A DNA stretch of 64,000 bases from Bacteroidota bacterium. Lineage in GTDB: Bacteria; Bacteroidota; Rhodothermia; Rhodothermales; JANQRZ01. How positions within the stretch are numbered: position 1 is the first letter of the stretch; every line of letters begins with the position of its first letter. The stretch is from contig JBCDKT010000012.1 of assembly GCA_038746285.1 (NCBI GenBank), positions 6,553 through 70,552 on the forward strand. Reading direction: 5' to 3'. Shown in pieces: positions 1 through 9,537 of the stretch. The translations under genes and the position numbers were made by a program. Under the pieces are notes generated by a model that was given only the letters and a program-made list of their open reading frames with translations, searched no databases and had not been told where the DNA came from.

Positions 1-764
1 TGCTGGCCGCGCACGCCCGCGCTGCCATCGCCGAGGCGGCCGAACATCCCGTCGGCGTGCTCGCCGAAGACGGCGTAGCTGGGGCCGCTGAGGTAGGCGG
101 TGTGGCCCTCGATGTGCTCGGCGTAGACGCCGAACCCGGTGGCCGAGTTGGTCTTGCCGAAGACGCCGTAGTTGGGGTCCGTCGCCAGCGTCGAGTTGGC
201 GATGCCGTAGACGCCCGTGCCGGCGGCTCCCTGGCTGAGGCCGTAGAGGCCCGTGCTGGCCGACCCGGTGCCTCGGCCTGTGACGCCCCGGCCCGAGACG
301 GCCTGCGTCTCCCCCTCGATGGCGTTGGTAGTGCCGTTGCTAATCAAGAAGGCGACATCGGGAACGGAGACGTTGTAGGCTTGCGGGAACGCGAGGCCGA
401 GCGCGTAGGGCGTCGCGGTGAGCGGCGTGCGCGGCGAGAGCGTGCTCCCGGTGAGGCCCTCCTCGACTTCGAGCCAGAACGGCCGGTTGAACCGGAGGTC
501 GGCGCCGATCAGCGGGTTGACCGCGCCGAGCGCCACGCTGAAGATGCCGTCCTCGATGGCGACACCGGACTGCGTCTCGCTCCAGACCGCCGAGCCGCCC
601 GAGGCCGCCTCGAACAGGCGGAAGGTGAGCGTCGCCGATGGGTCGTCGACGGGCGAGCCGCCGCGTTCGAGGACGCCCTGGTAGGAGACGGAGGCGGGAG
701 CCTGGGCGTGCGCGGCCAGCGGCAGCAGGCAGAGGCTGAGAACAAGAGCGAGGGTGTATTTCAT
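1..764 (-). CDS. Secreted Gly/Tyr-rich repeat protein, N-terminal fragment (gene continues beyond window start)
   Basis: The minus-strand frame is open from ATG 764-762 to the window edge. It is absent from the ORF track because no stop lies in the window. It translates MKYTLALVLSLCLLPLAAHAQAPASVSYQGVLERGGSPV..., a signal peptide followed by repeated GVYG/YGVFG/FGVYA units, with strong G/C third-position bias. Confidence 0.6.
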   Translation of the reverse strand, partial: MKYTLALVLSLCLLPLAAHAQAPASVSYQGVLERGGSPVDDPSATLTFRLFEAASGGSAVWSETQSGVAIEDGIFSVALGAVNPLIGADLRFNRPFWLEVEEGLTGSTLSPRTPLTATPYALGLAFPQAYNVSVPDVAFLISNGTTNAIEGETQAVSGRGVTGRGTGSASTGLYGLSQGAAGTGVYGIANSTLATDPNYGVFGKTNSATGFGVYAEHIEGHTAYLSGPSYAVFGEHADGMFGRLGDGSAGVRGQ

Positions 765-827
765 GACAGGGTCGTGGTTGGGCCGCCGGCGTGCGTGGCG
801 GCACGGGTTCGGGATAGCGGATGGAGG

Positions 828-2051
828 TCAGCGGAGGAGCGTGGCGCGCTGCGTGTGGACCGAGCGGGCGGCCCCGGCGCGCGGCGGGGTGCTCTCGAAG
901 CGGAGCAGGTACAGCCCGGCCGGAAGCCCGCACCCGTCGAAGACGGCCTCGTGGTAGCCGGCGTCGCGCCACCCCTCGGCGAGCGTGGCGACGCGGCGGC
1001 CGAGGGCGTCGTAGACCACGCACCGGACCTCGGCGGCCTCCGGCAGCGCGAAGCGCACCGTGGCCTGCGCGGCGAACGGGTTGGGGAAGGGCGCGCTCAG
1101 CGACACCGCCTGGGGCAGCGCCGCCGCCCCGGCCGCGCCGCCGGTGCGGAGCACCTCGGACGCGGCGTCCTCCGCGGCGAGGGCGGCGTCGGTCGCCTCG
1201 TCGGCGTCGGCGAGGGCGTCCTCTGCACGCGCCGCCTCGGCGAGGCCGGTCGGCGGGAGGACGGCCGCGCCCGTCGCGGCGGCGAGCACCGGCCACGCCG
1301 CCGCCTCCGGGATGGCTGCGCCGGGTGCGGCGGTGCCAGAAACAAGAGCGGTGGAGGCCGTAGCGCTAGAGCCGGCGGTACCGGAAGCCGCCGCCTGCGT
1401 GCGGGCCGGCGCCTCCGAGACCGCACGCTCGCTCAGGGTGGGCGCGCTCGGGGCAGAGGCCTTCGTGAACGGGAAGCTGTCGGTGCCCACGGCGCCGCCG
1501 GGGAAGGTCCCGGCGTAGGCGGTGTAGCTGTAGGCCCCCGGCGGCGCGGTGCCCGGCACCTGCTGCGCCAGCGTCACCGGCCCGAAGGTCCCGCCCGGTG
1601 CCACCGTCAGCGCCTGCGGCCCGAGCGCGGGGCCGAAGGGCTGGCCGTTGGGCAGGGTCGCGTCGGTCCAGCCCTGGAAGCTCTGGGGCGCGCCGGTCGT
1701 GTTGGTGACGGAGACCTGGAACTGGAACGTCCCGCCGCCCGCGGGCACCGTGACGGGCGGGTTGAGCGGGACGAGTGCGACCACCAGGGCGGGCGGCGGC
1801 TCAGGAGCCGACGACGCGGCCGGATACCAGAAGCCGCTGCCGAGGGCGTAGGCGTCGCTCGCCGCCGGACCGGCTGCCGCCTGCCCGACGGTGCCTCGCA
1901 GCGTGTAGTCCCCGTCGGCGGACGCGGCGGCGGTGGCCCCCCCGCCGAGCACGTCGGCGCGGAGCGTGAAGGATTGGGCCTGTGCGGACGCGAGCAAGCC
2001 CGCGCACAGCAGCGCAGCGCTGCACCGGCGGCTGAGTGAGCGTGGAAGCAT
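828..2051 (-). CDS. Secreted protein with T9SS (Por) C-terminal sorting domain
   Basis: 407-aa ORF with signal peptide ...LLCAGLLASAQAQ. The C-terminus ...APFPNPFAAQATVRFALPEAAEVRCVVYDALGRRVATL...GLYLLRF has the same CTD pattern as the proteins ending at 2213 and 56086. Confidence 0.8.
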   Translation of the reverse strand: MLPRSLSRRCSAALLCAGLLASAQAQSFTLRADVLGGGATAAASADGDYTLRGTVGQAAAGPAASDAYALGSGFWYPAASSAPEPPPALVVALVPLNPPVTVPAGGGTFQFQVSVTNTTGAPQSFQGWTDATLPNGQPFGPALGPQALTVAPGGTFGPVTLAQQVPGTAPPGAYSYTAYAGTFPGGAVGTDSFPFTKASAPSAPTLSERAVSEAPARTQAAASGTAGSSATASTALVSGTAAPGAAIPEAAAWPVLAAATGAAVLPPTGLAEAARAEDALADADEATDAALAAEDAASEVLRTGGAAGAAALPQAVSLSAPFPNPFAAQATVRFALPEAAEVRCVVYDALGRRVATLAEGWRDAGYHEAVFDGCGLPAGLYLLRFESTPPRAGAARSVHTQRATLLR

Positions 2052-2126
2052 GAGCGGAAGAGGGTCAGGTGGAGGAAGCGTTCACCCCCCTCTCGCCGTT
2101 TCCCGGTGCAGACCCTCACGCCGGCC

Positions 2127-2167
2127 AAAAAAATGCGCCGCCCGGTGGAGCTTCCACCGGGCGGCGC
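2127..2167 (-). terminator. Rho-independent terminator of the DUF4397 gene
   Basis: Perfect 15-bp stem GCGCCGCCCGGTGGA (2135-2149) / TCCACCGGGCGGCGC (2153-2167) with a 3-nt loop. On the minus strand it is followed by ATTTTTTT (A-run 2127-2133 on plus). It lies 46 nt past the stop at 2213. Confidence 0.85.
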
Positions 2168-2212
2168 ACCTGTCTTCTTCTTTCACTCACCGTGCTCACG
2201 CACGATCGGTGT

Positions 2213-5146
2213 TTAGCGCACGAGCGTCACGCGCTCGGTCCGCACCACCGCGCCGGCAGCGAGCCGGACGATGTAGATGCCGTTGGCGAGCGCGGCCCCG
2301 TCGAGCGTCGCCTGGTGGCGGCCGGCCTCGACCTGGCCGTCGACGAGGCGGGCCACTTCGCGGCCGAGCACGTCGTAGACCGCGAGGCGCACGTCCACCG
2401 CCTCAGGCAGCGCGAAGGCGACCGTCGCCGCACGCGAGAACGGGTTCGGGTAGGCCCCCGTCAGCGCCGTCTCAGTCGGCAGTGCGCTCTGGCTAGAGGT
2501 GCTGAGTCCGTCTTCGGCCGGGACGTCATCGGCACGCTCCGAGGCGGCGAAGACATCCTTGGCTACCAGCCTCCACGGCGTCGCGTCGGTCACCTCCCAG
2601 GCTTCCACCACGGCGCGCGCGTTGGCAGTGCCCTCGCGGGCAGTGCCCCTGACGGTCACCTCGAACACGTTCTCGTCCAGCACGGTCGCCGGGAAGTCGC
2701 CGATCCGCAGGCGGTAGGTGTACGCGCCCGGCATCACGTTGCCCGGCACGTTCTGCACGAAGCTGGCCGTGACCGTCGCGTCGCCGGGCACGTTGCCCGT
2801 ACGCACTTCCTCTTCGGCGATCACTTCGCCGCCCTGCTCGGCGACGAACCAGATCTGGCCGGCATCGTCCACCGAGACGTTGTTCGTGACGGCGTAGTCG
2901 TAGGCGATCGAGCCGCCCGGTGCCACGGTGAGCGGCGTCGTGTTCTCGGCGTTGAGCGTGCCGTCACGCGGCGGCAGGAGCGCGGCCGTCCCGTCCGGGA
3001 AGACGGCGAGGAGGCCGAAGGCTTCGCCGTCCTGGTCGTTCTCCGGCGAGAGGAAGCCCGAGGCGAGCACCGTGAGGGCACCGCCGACAGCGGCGCTCAG
3101 GTCGGCCGCGAACGTCGCCACGACGGCGTCGTTGTCCTCGCCCAGGGTGACCTGGAGGAAGTACCCGTCCGGTGCCACGCCGATGTAGGGCGTGATGTCG
3201 CCGTAGGTCGCGTTGTCGACGAGGCGGGCTACGTCGCGGGCGACCACGTCGACCGTCGGCGCGTCGGTCGAGCCGTGCACGACCGCGAACTGCACCTCGA
3301 AGTCGTTCGTCGACGCCTCCTGCGCGTCGTCGTCGATAAAGAGCGTGAAGCCGATGTCACGCCCGTTCGGGTTGGCCTCGAACTGGCTCGGGTCGAGCAC
3401 GCCGTTGGCGATGATCGAGAACGTGCCGTTCGCCGTGAGCGTCGCCGGGAAGGAGGCGATGCCGTCGGCCGCGCTCTCCGAGTTGCCCGGGGCCACGGTG
3501 ATCGTCAGTTCCTGCTCGGCCGGGAGGTCGATGAACGGCGTCGCCGTGCGGAAGACAAGGTCTTCGACGGCCGGCTCGTCGGTCGAGATCTCCTCGATGT
3601 AGATGTCGACCACCTCGGCGGCCGGGTCGGCGGCGTTGTGGATGATCTGCGCGCGTGCCGTCTCAGTGGCCATGACGGCCGGCAGGAGGGCGGCTGTGCC
3701 GTCGGGGAAGACGGCGAGGAGGCCGAAGGCTTCGCCGTCCTGGTCGTTCTCCGGCGAGAGGAAGCCTGAGGCGAGAATCGTGAGGGCACCACCGGCAGCG
3801 GCGCTCAGGTCGGCCTCGAAGGAGGCGACCACGGTGTCGGTACCACCGACCGCCACGTCGAGGATGTACGAGGCCGGCGGCACGCCGATGTAGGGCGTGA
3901 TGTCGGAGTAGGTCGCCCCGTCAACGAGGAGCGTCACGTCGCGGGCGATCACGTCGACGGTCGGCGCGTCGGTCGAGCCGTGCACGACGGCGAACTGGAC
4001 CTGGCTCGGGTCGGCCGAGATTTGCTGCGCGTCGTCGTCTACGAAGAGCGTGAAGCCGATGTCACGGCCGTTGGGGTTGGCCTCGAACTGGCTCGGGTCG
4101 AGCACGCCGTTGGCGATGACCGAGAAGATGCCGCCCGCCGCGAGCGTCGTCGGGAAGGACGCGATGCCGTCGGCTGCGCTCTCCGAGTCGCCCGGGGCAA
4201 TGGTGATCGTCAACTCCACGTCACCGGGCAGTTCGAGGAAGCCCGTCGAGGTGCGGAAGGCGAGGTCGTCAATGACCGGCTCGTCGCCCTCGAACTCTTC
4301 GATGTAGATGTCCACTACAGCCGCCGCCGGGTCAGCCGCGTTGTGGATGATCTGCACAGTCGCCGTCGGCGCGGAGGCGGGCAGGAGAGCCGTGCCCCCG
4401 TTGGGGAAGACGAGCAGCAGGCCGAAGGCTGAGCCGTCCTGGTCGTTCTCCGGCGAGAGGAAGCCCGAGGCGAGGATCGTCAGCGCCTGCCCTCGCGCGA
4501 AGCTCAGGTCGGCCGCGAACGTCGCCACGACGGTCTCGCCGTCTTCGGTGGTCACGTCGAGGGTGTACGCAGCAGCCGGGACGCCGATGTAGGGCGTAAT
4601 GTCGGTGTAGGCCGCATCGTCGACGAGCGTCCCCACGCCGCGGGCGACCACGTCGACGGTCGGCGCGTCAGTCGAGCCGTGGCCGACGTTGAACTGGACC
4701 TCGCTCGGGTCGGCCGAGGTCTCCTGCGCGCCGTCGGCGACCAGGAGCGTGAAGGCGGTGCTGCGCCCGTCAGGGTTGGCCTCGAACTGACTCGGGTCGA
4801 GCACGCCGCTGGCGACGATCGAGTAGGTCTCGCCTTCCACCAGCGTGGCTGGGAACGACGCGATGCCGTCGGCCGCGCTGAACGAACTGCCGGGCGCGAT
4901 GGTGAGCGTCAGTTCTTGGCCGGCCGGTAGGTCGATGAACGGTGTCGCATTGCGGAATGCCAGGTCATCGACGGCCGGGTCATCGGTGCTGATCTGCTCG
5001 ACGTAGACGTCGACGACGGCAGCAGCCGGGTCAGCGGAGTTGTGGACGATCTGCACACGGGCTGTCTGCGCCCATGCGGGAGCGGCCACGAGGAGGAGGG
5101 TGAGAAGGGAAAGGGCATAGGTCAGGTAAGGACTGCGTTGAAACAT
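2213..5146 (-). CDS. Triple DUF4397-like repeat protein with T9SS C-terminal domain
   Basis: ORF 2213..5308 trimmed to ATG 5146 (MFQRSPYLTYALSLLTLLLVAAPAWAQ signal peptide). It has three ~235-aa modules starting V/AQIIHNxADPAAxVVDxYIE. The C-terminus GAYPNPFSRAATVAFALPEAVDVRLAVYDVLGREVARLVDG...GIYIVRL is a T9SS CTD. Confidence 0.85.
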   Translation of the reverse strand: MFQRSPYLTYALSLLTLLLVAAPAWAQTARVQIVHNSADPAAAVVDVYVEQISTDDPAVDDLAFRNATPFIDLPAGQELTLTIAPGSSFSAADGIASFPATLVEGETYSIVASGVLDPSQFEANPDGRSTAFTLLVADGAQETSADPSEVQFNVGHGSTDAPTVDVVARGVGTLVDDAAYTDITPYIGVPAAAYTLDVTTEDGETVVATFAADLSFARGQALTILASGFLSPENDQDGSAFGLLLVFPNGGTALLPASAPTATVQIIHNAADPAAAVVDIYIEEFEGDEPVIDDLAFRTSTGFLELPGDVELTITIAPGDSESAADGIASFPTTLAAGGIFSVIANGVLDPSQFEANPNGRDIGFTLFVDDDAQQISADPSQVQFAVVHGSTDAPTVDVIARDVTLLVDGATYSDITPYIGVPPASYILDVAVGGTDTVVASFEADLSAAAGGALTILASGFLSPENDQDGEAFGLLAVFPDGTAALLPAVMATETARAQIIHNAADPAAEVVDIYIEEISTDEPAVEDLVFRTATPFIDLPAEQELTITVAPGNSESAADGIASFPATLTANGTFSIIANGVLDPSQFEANPNGRDIGFTLFIDDDAQEASTNDFEVQFAVVHGSTDAPTVDVVARDVARLVDNATYGDITPYIGVAPDGYFLQVTLGEDNDAVVATFAADLSAAVGGALTVLASGFLSPENDQDGEAFGLLAVFPDGTAALLPPRDGTLNAENTTPLTVAPGGSIAYDYAVTNNVSVDDAGQIWFVAEQGGEVIAEEEVRTGNVPGDATVTASFVQNVPGNVMPGAYTYRLRIGDFPATVLDENVFEVTVRGTAREGTANARAVVEAWEVTDATPWRLVAKDVFAASERADDVPAEDGLSTSSQSALPTETALTGAYPNPFSRAATVAFALPEAVDVRLAVYDVLGREVARLVDGQVEAGRHQATLDGAALANGIYIVRLAAGAVVRTERVTLVR
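2980..5060 (-). repeat. Three tandem ~700-bp coding repeats inside the DUF4397 gene
   Basis: The conserved block GGGAAGAC...GGCCGAAGGCT...TCCTGGTCGTTCTCCGGCGAGAGGAAGCC recurs at ~2997, ~3705 and ~4404, giving offsets of 708 and 699 bp (both multiples of 3). Confidence 0.85.
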
Positions 5147-5381
5147 GACGCCTCCGAGGAGAGAGATGTGGATGTGGAGCCCGCGCGGGAGTGCGCTGAA
5201 GGGAGCGCCGAGCAGTCCGGTGCGGGCTTCTGTCACGAGGAATACCCACCACGCTGCGGGTATACCCATCCCTCCGCGTAAATAAATCTTTACCTCCCCC
5301 GAGCGCACGTCCCCAGACAGCCGATGCCCCTGTCAGCAGCGGTCTGCCGGCAGCGGCCTCCGAGCCCGCTGCCACGCGTCG

Positions 5382-5747
5382 CTAGCTCTCCTCCCGTCCT
5401 ACCGTCTCCGGGCTGAACGCGGGCGCACAGACGGCCCAGTACTCGCAGGCCTCGTCTGCCGAGGGATTCGAGTAGCGGATGCGCTCGCCTGCCTCGCAGA
5501 GCACCGTCTCCCCCGCCCGCACGTCGACCGTCCCGCCGCCGTGCTCGACCCGCATCGTGCCGCGGAGCACGATCGTGACCTCGTCGAAGGTGGGCGTCTG
5601 GAACGGCTCGTCCCAGTCCGGCGGGGCGACCATGTGGGCCACGCTTAGGCTCGCCGTTCCCGTGTTGACGTGCCCGACGTGCTCCTCGATGAGCTTGTCG
5701 CCGGGGACCGGGATGCGCGCCGGCGCGGTGATGTGGCGCACCGGCAC
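5382..5747 (-). CDS. Small cupin-domain protein
   Basis: Only the C-terminal ~120 codons of ORF 5382..6245 are free of overlap with lat. GTG starts occur at 5747 and 5741. Cupin-like strands: FDEVTIVLRGTMRVEHGGGTVDVRAGETVLCEAGERIRYSNP. The start is uncertain. Confidence 0.6.
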   Translation of the reverse strand: MPVRHITAPARIPVPGDKLIEEHVGHVNTGTASLSVAHMVAPPDWDEPFQTPTFDEVTIVLRGTMRVEHGGGTVDVRAGETVLCEAGERIRYSNPSADEACEYWAVCAPAFSPETVGREES

Positions 5748-5749
5748 GG

Positions 5750-7084
5750 CTAGCCGACCACGTCGGCGAGGGCGCGGTCGAGGAGGGTGAGGCCGTGGTC
5801 GAGGTCGTCCTCGGAGACGCTGATCGCCGGGCGGAAGCGGATCGTCCGCTCGCCGCAGCCGAGGATGACCAGGCCGTGCTCGTAGGCCTTGTGCCGGACG
5901 AGGTCGCGGATGCCGGGCGTGGTGAGGTCGAAGGCGCACATCAGGCCCTGGCCGCGCGGGTTCGTGACGGAGTCGTAGCGCTCGGCGAAGTCGCGCAGCC
6001 GCGCCTGGAGGTAGGCCCCCTGCGTCGCCGCGTTCTCGACGAGGCCGTCCTCCTCGATGATCTCCAGGATGCGGTCGAAGCGGACCATGTCGACGATGTT
6101 GCCACCCCAGGTCGAGTTGATCCGGCTCGACTTGGCGAAGACGTGGTCGTCGACCTCCTCGACGCGCGGGCCGGCGAGGATGCCGCAGACCTGGGTCTTC
6201 TTGCCGAAGGCCATCACGTCGGGCGTGACGCCGAGGCCCTGCCACGCCCAGAACGTCCCCGTCAGCGCGACGCCTGTCTGGACCTCGTCGAAGATGAGGA
6301 GGGCGTCGTTCTCGTCGGCGAGCGTGCGGAGGGTCTGGAGGAACTCCGGCCGGAAGTGGTTGTCGCCGCCTTCGCCCTGGACCGGCTCGACGATGATCGC
6401 GGCGATGTCGTCCGGGTGGTCGTGGAAGGCGCGCTTGGCCTGGCGCACGGCGAGCGCCTCGCGCGCCTCGACGTCCTCGGCGTGGGCCGGCCCGTTCATG
6501 ACCGGGTTGAGGATGCGCGGCCAGTCGAACTTCGGGAAGAGGGCGACCTTGTTGGGGTCGGTGTTGGTCAGGCTCATCGTGTAGCCCGAGCGGCCGTGGA
6601 AGGCCTGGTCGAGGTGCAGCACGCGGTGCCCGCGCTCGGCGCGGTAACCCTTGCGGAAGTTCATCCGCACCTTCCAGTCGAAGGCCGTCTTGAGCGCGTT
6701 CTCGATCGCAAGTGCGCCGCCCGAGACGAAGAAGGCGTGGGGCAGCTCGTCCGGGATGCCGACGCGCTCGAAGGTGTCGAGGAAGCGGGCGAAGTGGCGC
6801 GTGTACACGTCCGAGTTGGAGACCTTGTTGATCGCCGCGTCGAGGAGGCGCTCGATGAAACCGGGGTCGCTGCGCAGCTTCGGGTGGTTCATCCCGAGCG
6901 GGTTGGAGGCGTAGAACGTGAAGAAGTCCACGTAGTCGCGCCCGGTGAGCGCGTCGCGCAGGAACACGCCCTGGCTCTTCTCCATGTCGAGCACCATCTC
7001 GAAGCCGTCGGCGAGGAGGTGGCGACCGATGATGTCACGGGTGTCGGCGGGTGCGGGGAGGTGCTTCTGCACGTCAGCGATCAT
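5750..7084 (-). CDS. lat: L-lysine 6-transaminase (class-III aminotransferase)
   Basis: 444 aa. The N-terminus HLLADGFEMVLDMEKSQGVFLRDALTGRDYVDFFTFYASNPLGMNHP is typical of LAT. Also FDEVQTG and the PLP-lysine region AFGKKTQVCG. Confidence 0.8.
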   Translation of the reverse strand: MIADVQKHLPAPADTRDIIGRHLLADGFEMVLDMEKSQGVFLRDALTGRDYVDFFTFYASNPLGMNHPKLRSDPGFIERLLDAAINKVSNSDVYTRHFARFLDTFERVGIPDELPHAFFVSGGALAIENALKTAFDWKVRMNFRKGYRAERGHRVLHLDQAFHGRSGYTMSLTNTDPNKVALFPKFDWPRILNPVMNGPAHAEDVEAREALAVRQAKRAFHDHPDDIAAIIVEPVQGEGGDNHFRPEFLQTLRTLADENDALLIFDEVQTGVALTGTFWAWQGLGVTPDVMAFGKKTQVCGILAGPRVEEVDDHVFAKSSRINSTWGGNIVDMVRFDRILEIIEEDGLVENAATQGAYLQARLRDFAERYDSVTNPRGQGLMCAFDLTTPGIRDLVRHKAYEHGLVILGCGERTIRFRPAISVSEDDLDHGLTLLDRALADVVG

Positions 7085-7338
7085 AGAGCGTACCGGTCAG
7101 TCGGTGAGCGATGGGTTGTCTGCAGCCTGGCAAGTATAGCACCAAGCCGGTGCGCAGCCCAAGCCGGACGGCTGAGGAAACCTCGTGAAGCGGCGCTGGG
7201 TTGGACGAGGCCGCTCGGCAGCGCGCCTGCCCCGGTTCCATCGTACCTTTGCCCGGAAAGAAAAGTCACCCCGCCCCGGCCTCCGCAAGGCCAGGCCCAG
7301 CACGGGAATGACGAGCAGAAAGGCTGTACTCACACCCC

Positions 7339-8343
7339 ATGGCCGACACGCTGACCTCATCCAAACCGCGCCGGCCCGGCGAGATCGCGCTCAAAACTGC
7401 CACGCCGGTCGGCGGCGACGGGGCCGGCGGCGACGGCTTCGCCGCCGACGGCTTCTTCGAGCTGCCGGTCGTGGAGAAGCCGGTCCAGGCCAACCGGCCC
7501 GGGCAGCGGCCGGAGTGGCTCCGCGTCAAGCTCCCCTACGGCGAGACCTTCCGCCGCGTCTCGGAGATCATCGAGACGCACAACCTCCACACCGTCTGCC
7601 AGAGCGCCCGGTGCCCCAACATGGGCGAGTGCTGGACCGCCGGCACGGCGACGTTCATGATCCTCGGCGACGTGTGCACGCGCTCGTGCAGCTTCTGCGC
7701 TGTCAAGACCGGCCGCCCGACCGCCGGGCTCGACTACGACGAGCCGCGCCGCGTCGCCGAGGCCGCCCGGCTGATGGGCATCCAGCACGTCGTCGTCACC
7801 AGCGTCAACCGCGACGAGCGCAAAGACGGCGGCGCGCCGATCTTCGCCGAGACGATCCGCCTGCTCCGCGAGGAGGTCCCTGGCTGCACCGTCGAGGTCC
7901 TCGTCCCCGACTTCCGCGGCATCATGGAGGGCGGGGCCGACATCGTCTTCGAAGCGCGCCCCGACCTCTTCAACCACAACGTCGAGACCGTCCCGCGCCT
8001 CTACCGCCGCGTCCGCCCCCAGGCCAGCTACCGGCGCTCGCTCGACGTGCTGGGCCGCGCCAAGAAGGACTTCGGCCTCCGCACCAAGAGCGGCATCATG
8101 GTCGGCCTCGGGGAGAGGCAGGACGAGGTGCTCGCGCTGATGGAGGACTTCGTCGAGATCGGCCTCGACGTGATGACGATCGGGCAGTACCTCCAGCCGA
8201 CGCGGATGCACCTCCCGGTCGAAGACTTCGTCCACCCGGACACGTTCCGGTGGTACAAGGAGCAGGGCGAGGCGCTCGGGCTGGACCACGTCGAGAGCGG
8301 CCCGCTCGTGCGCTCGTCCTACCACGCCGAGCGGCACGTCTAG
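7339..8343 (+). CDS. lipA: Lipoyl synthase
   Basis: CPNMGECW N-terminal cluster motif and radical-SAM [10 protein letters not shown]. Full-length 334 aa. Confidence 0.95.
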   Translation: MADTLTSSKPRRPGEIALKTATPVGGDGAGGDGFAADGFFELPVVEKPVQANRPGQRPEWLRVKLPYGETFRRVSEIIETHNLHTVCQSARCPNMGECWTAGTATFMILGDVCTRSCSFCAVKTGRPTAGLDYDEPRRVAEAARLMGIQHVVVTSVNRDERKDGGAPIFAETIRLLREEVPGCTVEVLVPDFRGIMEGGADIVFEARPDLFNHNVETVPRLYRRVRPQASYRRSLDVLGRAKKDFGLRTKSGIMVGLGERQDEVLALMEDFVEIGLDVMTIGQYLQPTRMHLPVEDFVHPDTFRWYKEQGEALGLDHVESGPLVRSSYHAERHV

Positions 8344-8345
8344 AC

Positions 8346-8753
8346 ATGACGGGTGCCGGTCATCGAGTGCCGAACGGGCGATGGACTCTGGCGCCGGTGC
8401 TGGCTGCCCTCCTCCTGCCCGGGTGTGCGGGGCTGTTCGGGGCGGAGACCACCGTGGAGTCGGCACACGCGGTGTTTGTGGCGCGGCCCGGCTGCGCGCA
8501 CCTCATCGCCCGGACGCCCGGCACGGGCTACGCCGTCCTCCGCCCGCGCGGCGACTACGCGCCCCGGCAGGGCGACATCCTGGTGGGCAACCTCCGCCGC
8601 GGCAGCCTCGCCCTCGGCATCGTCCCCTTCGGCGCGAACGGCCTCGACGGGAGCGAGCAGTTCGAGGTCGTCCAACACGGCCTCTCGCTCGCCGAAGCGC
8701 AGGAGGTCTACTACGGGCTCTGCCCCCTCTCGCTCGACACCGACCGGTCATAG
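8346..8753 (+). CDS. Small lipoprotein, unknown function
   Basis: ATG lies 2 nt after the lipA stop. Only the last 135 codons of ORF 7185..8753 are credible. Lipobox in ...LAALLLPGCAGLF. Confidence 0.65.
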   Translation: MTGAGHRVPNGRWTLAPVLAALLLPGCAGLFGAETTVESAHAVFVARPGCAHLIARTPGTGYAVLRPRGDYAPRQGDILVGNLRRGSLALGIVPFGANGLDGSEQFEVVQHGLSLAEAQEVYYGLCPLSLDTDRS

Positions 8754-9095
8754 GGACACGGCGGTGCCGTGCCCGGCCGCCGGCACCGTTCCTGACCCAG
8801 GCTAGGCAATCCCGACCAGGGCGACCACATACGTCGCCCCTGCGCGTGCTGGCGCAGAACGCGATGGCAGGAGGACGCCCCGACCAGCGAGGCACGCCTC
8901 GCCCCTACAATGCCGGCGCGGAGCGCGACCACGAGAGGTTCCTCCTGCGGATGCGCGAAGCACACCCGTCCTCCGTCTCACCGTCTACCGTCCTCCGTCC
9001 CCCGCCCTTCAGCAACTCTTCGCGGTCCCGGAGCCCGCCGCGCCGTCATATTCGGCCGGCACCCAACTCCTGACCTCAGACCTCCCGACTCAGCC

Positions 9096-9518
9096 ATGGA
9101 ACGCACCCTCGCCATCATCAAGCCCGACGCTGTCGAGCACGGCCACAGCGGCAAAATCCTCGACCGCATCCTCCAAGAGGGATTCGCCGTCCGGGCGATG
9201 AAGCTCGTCACGCTCTCTAAGACCGAAGCCGAGGGCTTCTACGCCGTCCACCGCGAGCGCCCCTTCTTCGGCGAACTGACCGACTTCATGTCGAGCGGCC
9301 CGTGCATCCCGCTCGTCCTGGAGCGCGACGACGCGGTCGCCACCTGGCGCGAGGTCATCGGCGCGACCAACCCGGCCGACGCCGCCGAGGGCACGCTCCG
9401 CAAGCAGTTCGCCGCATCGATGGGCGAGAACGCCGTCCACGGCTCGGACTCCGTCGAGAACGGCACGCTGGAGAGCAATTACTTCTTCCCCGAGCACGTC
9501 ATCGTCGCCAACGCGTAA
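9096..9518 (+). CDS. ndk: Nucleoside diphosphate kinase
   Basis: MERTLAIIKPDAV...FYAVHRERPFF...NAVHGSD (active-site His). ORF 8910..9518 trimmed to ATG 9096. Confidence 0.95.
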   Translation: MERTLAIIKPDAVEHGHSGKILDRILQEGFAVRAMKLVTLSKTEAEGFYAVHRERPFFGELTDFMSSGPCIPLVLERDDAVATWREVIGATNPADAAEGTLRKQFAASMGENAVHGSDSVENGTLESNYFFPEHVIVANA

Positions 9519-9537
9519 CCCGCCGGCACGGAGGGAC

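Noticed and set aside
57-2039. 660-aa plus-strand ORF. Many similar long ORFs exist, e.g. 9479..11962 (-), 10552..12789 (+), 34162..36222 (-), 37769..39004 (-) and 44620..46275 (+).
   Set aside because: Their translations are Arg/Gly/Pro/Ala-rich with no motifs. They lie antisense to, or out of frame with, genes that have clear family signatures. These are typical shadow ORFs of ~70% GC DNA.
5748-6245. N-terminal 166 codons of ORF 5382..6245.
   Set aside because: They overlap the well-supported lat gene in another frame and are Arg/Pro-rich. Only the cupin-like C-terminal ~120 codons were kept.
7185-8345. First 387 codons of the 522-aa ORF 7185..8753.
   Set aside because: They run through lipA in a different frame with low-complexity translation. 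Only the terminal lipoprotein ORF from ATG 8346 is credible.
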